The notes below the pieces were generated by a model. It did not search any database. It saw only the letters and a list, made by a program, of their open reading frames with translations, and was not told the DNA's origin. Positions 54,881 through 64,000 of a stretch of DNA of 64,000 nucleotides are shown here, piece after piece. Positions within the stretch are counted from its first letter, which is position 1; each line of letters begins with the position of its first letter. Origin of the DNA: Mobula hypostoma (Eukaryota); contig NC_086118.1 of the NCBI RefSeq assembly GCF_963921235.1, positions 25,732,001 through 25,796,000 of the forward strand. Direction: 5' to 3'. Made by a program: the position numbers and the translations under genes.

Positions 54881-55599
54881 TGCACATCAGGTTCCAGGTG
54901 TCTGGCTGATGCACCAGACTGATAGGAGCAAAATATTAAAATCTCTTACAGGAGTTCTTGAAGTAAATCTCCTTCAGTTTCAAATAATCCGTGACAAAAT
55001 AATTTTCCTTGCCTGTTCTATTTTGTCAACTGGAACGTCATAACCTATAGGTTAATTCTAACATGTTTTGTTCATTGAGGGTTAACAATGCATCTTTTTT
55101 TTCCATTTCTAACACGTGCATTTTTGCTGTACTAACATATGCTTGCAGATAATGTTACCTAACAGTTATTTACAAAAATATGTACTTAAGCACCCTTAGT
55201 AGATTTCTATCTTTAGATTCAAGTTTTAGTTTTTATGCAGCAGATTCATTAGCAAAATGCTTATAATTGTAATAACTAGTCATCTCTGTAAATGCCAGTG
55301 GAGAGTATGGATGAAAATACTGGAGTAAAATAATGTGATTACCTGTGTAATTTCAAAGCACTGGATATTAAGACAAAAAACTTGCTCTAAAACAGTTCAT
55401 ATTTAATCTTGTGAAGAACAGAGTGCTTCACACAATGTCAGCAACCTAAATCTGATATGCATCACACAAGGAGATGTTAGGGAAAATAAGCAAAAGTTTA
55501 GAGTGATAGGTTTTAATTAGTTGCTTAAAACAGAGAGTGGAAGAAGTATAGTGAACTTTCTAAAGCCTTGAGTCTTGGGAACTGAAGATCCAGCATTCT

Positions 55600-56910
55600 C
55601 TTTCTCACACACTTGGGCTGCATCCATTACTTTTTGTAGGATTTTCTGTTCAAAGGCTTTGGTGTTTCCATACTAGGCCATGATGTAACCAGTCAGTATA
55701 CATCTCCACTACACATCTATCAAAGTTTGTCAATGTTTTTGATGTCATGGCGATTTTCTGCAGACTCTAAAGGAAGTAAAGGCACTACCATGCTTTCTTC
55801 ACTATTGCACTTATGTGCTAGGTCCAGGACAGGTCCTCTGAAATAGTAACACCCAGAAATTTAAAGTTGCTAACACTCTCCACCCCGATCCTCAGATCAG
55901 TTCTGGCTCACGGACCTCTGGTTTCCCTCTCATGAAGTCAAGTAAGGAAATCTGGGATCCAATTGCACAAGGATGTATGTTGAGGCCAAGGTCTTGGAGC
56001 TTATTGATTAGTTTTGAGGGCATGATGGAACTGAATGCTGAGCTGTAGTCAATAAAATGCATCCTGATGTATGCATCTCTGCTGTCCAAATGTTCCAAGA
56101 TTGAGATGGCATCTGCTGAGGACCTGTTGCTTCAGTGGGCAAATTGGAGCGGATCCAAGTCGCCTCTCAGGCAGGAGCTGATATGTTTCATCACCAGCCT
56201 CTCAAAACACTTCATCACTGTGGATTGGAAGTGCAACTGGGTGACAGTCTTTGAGGCACAGTCTTCTTGACTGGTATGATTGAAACCTGCTTGAAGCAGG
56301 TGGGTATCACACACTGCTGAAGCGGGAGGTTAAAAGATCTCTCTGAACACACCAGCCAGATGGTCAGCACAGATTTTTAGTAAGTGGCCAGGTACCCTGT
56401 CCAGTCCAGATAGATGGATATTGATAGGCATCCGTTAGTCTCGTGAGACCATGGATTTGCGCCTTGGAATGTGTCCTGGGCGCAGGCCTGGGCAAGGTTG
56501 TATGGAAGACCAGCAGTTGCCCATGCTGCAAGTCTCCCCTTTCCACGCCACCGATGTTGTCCATGGGAAGGGCACTAGGACTGATACAGCTTGGCACTGG
56601 TGTCGTCGCAGAGCAATGTGTGGTTAAGTGCCTTGCTCAAGGACACAACACCTCAGCTGAGGCTTGAACTAGCGACCTTCAGATCACTAGACCGACCGAC
56701 GCCTTAACCACTTGGCCACACGCCACCCAGTCCAGATGCTTTCCATGAATTCAGCCTCCTGAAGGCAGCCTGCACATTAGCTTCAGGGAACAAGACCACA
56801 GGATCATCAGGGGATGTGGGAATTGATGATGGGACCTCCATGTTCTGACGGCCAAAGCAAGCACAGAAGGCACTGAGTTCAGCTGGAACTGAAGCCCTGC
56901 CACAGCTGTC
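55600..56910 (-). mobile_element. Rex1/Babar fragment with internal deletions and a nested SINE
   Basis: VMKCFERLV, DPLQFA, IDYSSAF in ORFs 56132-56314 and 55892-56098. Confidence 0.85.
56412..56726 (-). mobile_element. tRNA/CORE-like SINE
   Basis: Homologous to 9628-9937. 11-bp TSD CCAGTCCAGAT at 56401-56411 and 56727-56737. Confidence 0.9.
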
Positions 56911-57696
56911 AAGCATCCTTTGTTGATTTGCCCATAAAATGGCTTACTGGAGGCTCATGCCAAGTGGAGGGAAAACGTCTCTCAGATCAGGTGTAAAGTC
57001 TGAAAGAAAAGCATTCTCCTCACTATCTTGGATAAATCTGAAAGCATACAGAAGTACTATAAACAGAGCTTTGAAATAATTTTCAATTTCTTGTTGGTCC
57101 TGCCTTCCAACATTGCTATTACTCCCACGTTCTTTAGGACTTTAATCTATTTTTTGGCAAATCATCTCTCCTATAAACTGCTCTTCGGATACAAGGTGCT
57201 AACTACATGCAAATTACTGTCAAATTTGGAGCATTGTACTACAGGAGAGGAATAAGTGAAGAGGAAAATCAATTATTACCAGTGTCGATAGATTATACTT
57301 ATTCCAAAGAGATGGTTGTCCAAGCTGAGAAATAAGTTTCATGTGTAGAAATAACAAATTTGTTAAGATAATGTGAAAACTTTAAAACCAAAAGCAAAAC
57401 CAAAGCACTGTGATCATTTAAGAAGTGCAGGTAAAATGAACAATTCAGTGAAGCTGGTGTTTTAAAATGCCAGCCAGATTGTTAGCAATTTCTATTTAGT
57501 AGCTTCTATCAGTAAATTCTCTTTTGCAAAGCGTTTCTCTATGTGTACAAAACCATATAACCTGCTCCACTTTACAGAGGCAGGCAAAGAACACATGGCA
57601 GGACTGAATTAACTTCAGCCTCCTCATCACTGTCTGCATCCATCTTTTTCTTTGCAGTAGCCGCCACCCTCTCTTTGTCAGCTCCTGAACAGTAGG

Positions 57697-57812
57697 CTTG
57701 GCAGTGCAGTTCCTGACGAGCTGCAAAGATCATACCGTATACGCAGGTTGTGGACTTGGCAGTGCAGCTCCTGACAAGCTGCAAAGATCATACCGTATAC
57801 ACAGGTTGTGGA
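57697..57812. repeat. 58-bp tandem duplication
   Basis: 57697-57754 versus 57755-57812, three mismatches. Confidence 0.95.
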
Positions 57813-58063
57813 GAGCCAACCAGAAAACTGGCTTCACAAAACAGATGCTTTTCTGTAACTGTGTATAGCTTCACTGTGATCCAATTGTGATGCCGCATAT
57901 GAACTCTACACAACCAAGAGAAGGTCCTTTGTACTTCAAAAGGTCGTGCTTTTCAGAGAATATACAGTTTTAGTCTCTTCACTATAAAGAGAGTATAACA
58001 TTTGGAAATGTGATTCTGGGCTCACTAGAACATTATCAAGAGTGCAGGTATGAAGAGTCATTT

Positions 58064-58696
58064 AGATTAGATTAGATTATGAAGACACGCAGTCCTCTTT
58101 TATTGTCATTTAGTAATGCATGCATTAAGAAATGATACAATATTCCTCCGGTGTGATATCACAGAAACACAGGACAGACCAAGACTGAAAAACTGACAAA
58201 AACCACATAATTATAACATAATAGTTACAACAGTGCAAGCAATACCGTAACTTGATGAAGAACAGGCCATTTAGCACGGTAAAAAGTTCAAAGTCTCTCG
58301 AAAGTCCCACATCTCACACAGACGGGAGAAGGAAGAAAACTCTCCCTGCCATACCCGACCACAGTCCCACTCTGAGTCGTCCGAAAACTTCGAGCTCCGA
58401 CCAGCTCTTCAATACCGAGCACCAAGCACCATCTCTGCTGAACGCTTCGACCCCAGCCCCGGCCGCCAGCAGCAGGCAAAGCCAAGGATTTTGAGGCTTT
58501 CCCTCCGGAGATTCTCGATCGCACAGTAGCAGCGGCAGCAAACTGGGCATTTCAGAAGTTCCTCCAGATGTTCTCCCATGCTCTCACGGCCTTCTCCATC
58601 AAATCAGAATTGTGCGCGTCCCCTATTTAACAATACAATATCATTTCACCGGAAAGGCTACGCGTGCTGTGTCGAGCCGCCATCTTCTCCTCCTGC
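58064..58696 (-). mobile_element. Non-coding bipartite retroposon (LINE-like 5' end and 3' tail, no ORF)
   Basis: Starts GCAGGAGGAGAAGATGGCGGC, ends AATAAAAG...(ATCTA)n. CATTT duplicated at 58059-58063 and 58697-58701. CpG-rich. Confidence 0.75.
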
Positions 58697-59939
58697 CATT
58701 TGAGAAGTTGCAGTAGGTTGCGATCACATACTGGAAGGTTAGTGTACGCCCAAGGAGACACAATAATGCAAATGCTGGAGTCTCAGTGGAGAGGGAAGGA
58801 AAGGAGCTGCTGGCACTTTAGATCAAGACTCTGCATCAGCTAACCACGCAGCTAGCAGGCAGCACGTTAGTGTAGCAGTGTAGCGGCTAGTGCAATCACC
58901 AATCGGGCTTCAATTCCCACCGTTGTTTGTAAGGAGTTTGTGTGCTTTTCCTCCAACCACATGGGTTTCCCCTGGTTCCCTCACACATTGCAGAGACCTA
59001 CAGTTAGCGTTAGTAAAGCTGTGGGCATACTATGTTAGCACTGGAACATGGCAACACTTGCGGGCTACATCAGCACAATCCTCTATGTTGGCCAATGGCG
59101 TAAAAGACACATTTCACTGTATGTTTCAATGTTTTGATATACACTTGACAAATAAAGTTAATCTTTAAAATTAAGCTCATCTTCACTGCCTAACAAAACT
59201 GGCTAGCAACCAAGACACCCACTTGTCGGCCAGGATCTTTGAAGAAAATTGAAATATCCAGTTCTGAAGTTTCACTTTATGGGTGTGTGCACTGCTACAT
59301 AAATGTGGTTAGCAACATTTTCAAAAGTTACTGGCAGAACATGCCTGTAATTTGTCTGCCTCTCTAGAAAAAAGTAAGTAAAAATGTTTTAACTTTTTAG
59401 TTCTTTTAATGAATAAATCACTTTGTTTCATAATTTAATTTGCTGGATATCCATGGTATCTAGTAGATAGATTGAAGACAAGCATTGAGACATGAGATCA
59501 GAAATGTTGGTTGATGAAACCATTACATTTTGGACCACGTCTGATTAACAATACTGAACAGCAGACATGATCCTTCCCAGATGAGGAAGCAGGACGACAC
59601 AAAGACAGGCTGAGAAACGCTGAATGGTAAATAGACAGAAGAATAGACTTATGGTGAAACATAAGAAAAAAGGAAGAAAGAGGAAAACACTGCCATGTTG
59701 TTGTAAGATAGGAATATGAGTGGCTTGGAAGAAATGTCCCATACCTGGGGTAAACTATGCATGCTGTACATTGGTAAACTATTTCTACAAATAATACATA
59801 ACGAATTCCATGGAACGACCAGCATGAAATGTACAAATCAGAAATAGCTACAGACTGATATCAGAGTGAATAGATAAAATTATCAGTTTTTTACTTCATG
59901 ATGTATTGGGTTCAACTGTGCAACTTTGAGACTGATGGC

Positions 59940-60199
59940 TCAGGAAGTGGCAAGATGGCACCAGTGAATAACAGTGGCATTTTGCGTACAGTTCACAAAA
60001 CTACTTCTTTTACTTCCTTTTCCTTCAAGTATGACTCTTCTACTAAGCTGCATGTGATTGGAACCTGTGATTTACAATTTGATGGAGTGTTTTTTTGTGA
60101 CAATTGAGTGATCTGGCACTTTGCTGTCTCCAAGGGAGTTCGGTGAGATTCTGAGTGAAATGTGCAGCCAAGAGGCGTGGCAGCCTACAGACGGGGCAG
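59940..60199 (+). mobile_element. Probable retroelement 5' end preceding the minisatellite
   Basis: GGAAGTGGCAAGATGGCACC start resembles the AAGATGGC start of 58064-58696. Confidence 0.4.
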
Positions 60200-63100
60200 G
60201 AGTCCATTATCGACTCCATTGCCTCTCTCTGATCGAGTCGAGTGTGTGAGTCAATGATCGACTCCATTGCCTCTCTCTGATCGAGTCGAGTGTGTGAGTC
60301 AATGATCGACTCCATTGCCTCTCTCCGATTGAGTCGAGTGTGTGAGACCATGATCGACTCCATTAGTTCTCTCCAATCGAGTCGAGTGTGTGAGTCCATG
60401 ATCGGCTCCATTGCCTCTCTCCGATCGAGTCGAGTGTGTGAGACAATGATCGACTCCATTGCCTCTCTCTGATCGAGTCGAGTGTGTGAGTCAATGATCG
60501 ACTCCATTGCCTCTCTCTGATCGAGTCGAGTGTGTGAGACCATGATTGACTCCATTAGTTCTCTCCAATCGAGTCGAGTGTGTGAGTCCATGATCGGCTC
60601 CATTGCCTCTCTCCGATCGAGTCGAGTGTGTGAGACAATGATCGACTCCATTGCCTCTCTCTGATCGAGTCGAGTGTGTGAGTCAATGATCGACTCCATT
60701 GCCTCTCTCTGATCGAGTCGAGTGTGTGAGACCATGATTGACTCCATTAGTTCTCTCCAATCGAGTCGAGTGTGTGAGTCAATGATCGACTCCATTGCCT
60801 CTCTCCAATCGAGTCGTCGAGTGTGAGGGACCATGACCGACTCCATTGCCTCTCTCCGATCGAGTCGAGTGTGTAACCCCATGATCGACTCCATTAGTTC
60901 TCTCCAATCAAGTCGAGTGTGTGAGTCAATGATCGACTCCATTGCCTCTCTCTGATCGAGTCGAGTGTGTGAGTCCATGATCGACTCCATTGCCTCTCTC
61001 CGATTGAGTTGAGTGTGTGAGACAATGATCAACTCCATTGCCTCTCTCCGATCGAGTCGAGTGTGTGAGTCAATGATCGACTCCATTGCCTCTCTCCGAT
61101 CGAGTTGAGTGTGTGAGACCATGATCGACTCCATTAGTTCTCTCCAATCGAGTCGAGTGTGTGAGTCCATGATCGGCTCCATTGCCTCTCTCCGATCGAG
61201 TCGAGTGTGTGAGACAATGATCGACTCCATTGCCTCTCTCCGATCGAGTCGAGTGTGTGAGACCATGATCGACTCCATTAGTTCTCTCCAATCGAGTCGT
61301 CGAGTGTGTGAGACCATGATCGACTCCATTGCCTCTCTCCAATCGAGTCGAGTGTGTGAGACCATGATCGACTCCATTGCTTCTCTCCAATCGAGTTGAG
61401 TGAGTGAGACCATGATCGACTCCATTAGTTCTCTTCAATCGAGTCGTTGAGTGTGTGAGACCGTGATCAACTCCATTGCTTCTCTCCAATCGAGTCGAGT
61501 GTGTGAGACCATGATCGACTCTATTGCCTCTCTCTGATCGAATCGTCAAGTATGTGAGACAATGATCGACTCCATTACTTCTCTCCGATCGAGTCGTCGA
61601 GTGTGTGAGCCCATGATCGACTCCATTGCTTCTCCCTGATCCAGTTGAGTGTGAGGGACCATGATCGACTCCATTGCCTCTCTCTGATCGAGTCATCGAG
61701 TGAGTGAGACCATGATCCACTCCATTGCCTCTCTCTGAACGAGTCGTTGAGGGTGTGAGACCATGATCGACTCCATTGCCTCTCTCCGATCATGTCATTG
61801 AGTGTGTGAGACCATGATCCACTCCATTGCCTCTCTCTGAACGAGTCGTTGAGTGTGAGGGACCATGATCGACTCCATTGCCTCTCTCCGATTGAGTCGA
61901 GTGTGTGAGACCATGATCGACTCCATTAGTTCTCTCCAATCAAGTTGAGTGTGTGAGACAATGATTGACTCCATTGCCTCTCTCTGATCGAGTCGAGTGT
62001 GTGAGTCCATGATCGACTCCATTGCCTCTCTCCGATCGAGTCGAGTGTGTGAGACAATGATCGACTCCATTGCCTCTCTCCGATGGAGTCGAGTGTGTGA
62101 GTCAATGATCGACTCCATTGCCTCTCTCCGATTGAGTTGAGTGTGTGAGACCATGATCGACTCCATTAGTTCTCTCCAATCGAGTCGAGTGTGTGAGTCC
62201 ATGATCGGCTCCATTGCCTCTCTCCGATCGAGTCGAGTGTGTGAGACAATGATCGACTCCATTGCCTCTCTCCGATCGAGTCGAGTGTGTGAGACCATGA
62301 TCGACTCCATTAGTTCTCTCCAATCGAGTCGTCGAGTGTGTGAGACCATGATCGACTCCATTGCCTCTCTCCAATCGAGTCGAGTGTGTGAGACCATGAT
62401 CGACTCCATTGCTTCTCTCCAATCGAGTCGAGTGAGTGAGACCATGATCGACTCCATTAGTTCTCTTCAATCGAGTCGTCGAGTGTGTGAGACCATGATC
62501 GACTCCATTGCTTCTCTCCAATCGAGTCGAGTGTGTGAGACCATGATCGACTCCATTGCCTCTCTCCAATCGAGTCGAGTGTGTGAGACCATGATTGACT
62601 TCATTGCCTCTCTCCAATCGAGTCGTCGAGTGTGTGAGACTATGATCGACTCCATTGCTTCTCTCCGATCGAGTCGTCGAGTGTGTGAGACCATGATCGA
62701 CTCCATTGCTTCTCTCCAATCGAGTCTTTGAGTGCGTGAACCCATGATCGACTCCATTGCTTCTCTCTGATCGAGTCGAGTGCGTGAGACCATGATCGAC
62801 TCTATTGCCTCTCTCCGATCAAGTCATTGAGTGCGTGAGACCATGGACTCCATTGCTTCTCCCTGATCGAGTCGTCAAGTGTGTGAGACAATGATCGACT
62901 CCATTGCCTTTCTCCGAACGAGTTGAGTGTGTGAGATGATCGACTCCATTGCTTCTCCCTGATCCAGTTGAGTGTGAGGGACCATGATCGACTCCATTGC
63001 CTCTCTCTGATCGAGTCATCGAGTGAGTGAGACCATGATCCACTCCATTGCCTCTCTCTGAACGAGTCGTTGAGTGTGTGAGCCCATGATCGACTCCATT

Positions 63101-64000
63101 GCCTCTCTCCGATCATGTCGTTGAGTGTGTGAGACCATGATCCACTCCATTGCCTCTCTCTGAACGAGTCGTTGAGTGTGTGAGCCCATGATCGACTCCA
63201 TTGCCTCTCTCCGATCTTGTCGTTGAGTGTGTGAGACCATGATCGACTCCATTGCCTCTCTCCGAATGAGTCGTTGAGTGTGTGAGCCCATGATCGACTC
63301 CATTGCCTCTCTCCGATCGAGTCGAGTGTGTAACCCCATGATCGACTCCATTAGTTCTCTCCAATCAAGTTGAGTGTGTGAGTCTATGATTGACTCCATT
63401 GCCTCTCTCTGATCGAGTCGAGTGTGTGAGTCCATGATCGACTCCATTGCCTCTCTCCGATCGAGTCAAGTGTGTGAGACAATGATCGACTCCATTGCCT
63501 CTCTCCGATCGAGTTGAGTGTGTGAGACCATGATCGACTCCATTAGTTCTCTCCAATCGAGTCGAGTGTGTGAGTCCATGATCGGCTCCATTGCCTCTCT
63601 CCGATCGAGTCGAGTGTGTGAGACAATGATCGACTCCATTGCCTCTCTCCGATCGAGTCGAGTGTGTGAGACCATGATCGACTCCATTAGTTCTCTCCAA
63701 TTGAGTCGTCGAGTGTGTGAGACCATGATCGACTCCATTGCCTCTCTCCAATCGAGTCGAGTGTGTGAGACCATGATCGACTCCATTGCTTCTCTCCAAT
63801 CGAGTCGAGTGAGTGAGACCATGATCGACTCCATTAGTTCTCTTCAATCGAGTCGTCGAGTGTGTGAGACCATGATCGACTCCATTGCTTCTCTCCAATC
63901 GAGTCGAGTGTGTGAGACCATGATCGACTCCATTGCCTCTCTCCAATCGAGTCGAGTGTGTGAGACCATGATTGACTCCATTGCCTCTCCAATCGAGTCG
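60200..64000. repeat. 48/51-bp minisatellite, roughly 78 units, running off the window
   Basis: Consensus GACCATGATCGACTCCATTGCCTCTCTCC(G/A)ATCGAGTC(GTC)GAGTGTGTGA. Confidence 0.98.

Larger units (their letters stand above)
7639..59830 (-). pseudogene. Candidate decayed multi-exon gene, identity unknown
   Basis: Unique segments bounded by minus-strand AG and GT with nearly open frames: 7659-7697, 20469-20584, 33717-34193, 38640-38914, 38970-39260, 42267-42490, 47609-47757, 48411-48676, 49023-49323, 57562-58730. All but the first contain stops or frameshifts. No homolog recognised. Confidence 0.35.

Noticed and set aside
60200..64000. CRISPR-like array (palindromic repeats with variable middles)
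   Set aside because: The intervening sequences are minor variants of one another, not unique spacers. No cas genes, and the context is vertebrate.

Overview
Repeat-dominated vertebrate nuclear DNA. The repeat landscape (CR1, Rex1/Babar, Penelope-derived elements, tRNA SINEs) suggests a cartilaginous fish, probably a ray; this is inference. I can support no intact host gene, rRNA, true tRNA or CRISPR array. Most of the window is nested non-LTR retrotransposon debris: about 9 CR1 LINEs, about 7 Rex1/Babar fragments, an L1-like 3' end, a Hero-clade 3' end inside a Gypsy remnant, SINEs and three TIR-bounded DNA-transposon derivatives. Four things stand out. (1) Tandem Penelope-like GIY-YIG remnants carry two minimal hammerhead ribozyme motifs about 520 nt apart. 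(2) A CpG-rich 48/51-bp hairpin minisatellite of at least 3.8 kb grows out of a retroelement 5' end, has higher-order structure and has almost only frame-preserving indels. (3) About 10 minus-strand, AG/GT-bounded, nearly open segments in the unique DNA look like a decayed, unidentified multi-exon gene. (4) A tandem duplication of about 2.45 kb was later hit by a young CR1. Repeat boundaries are approximate unless a TSD is quoted.
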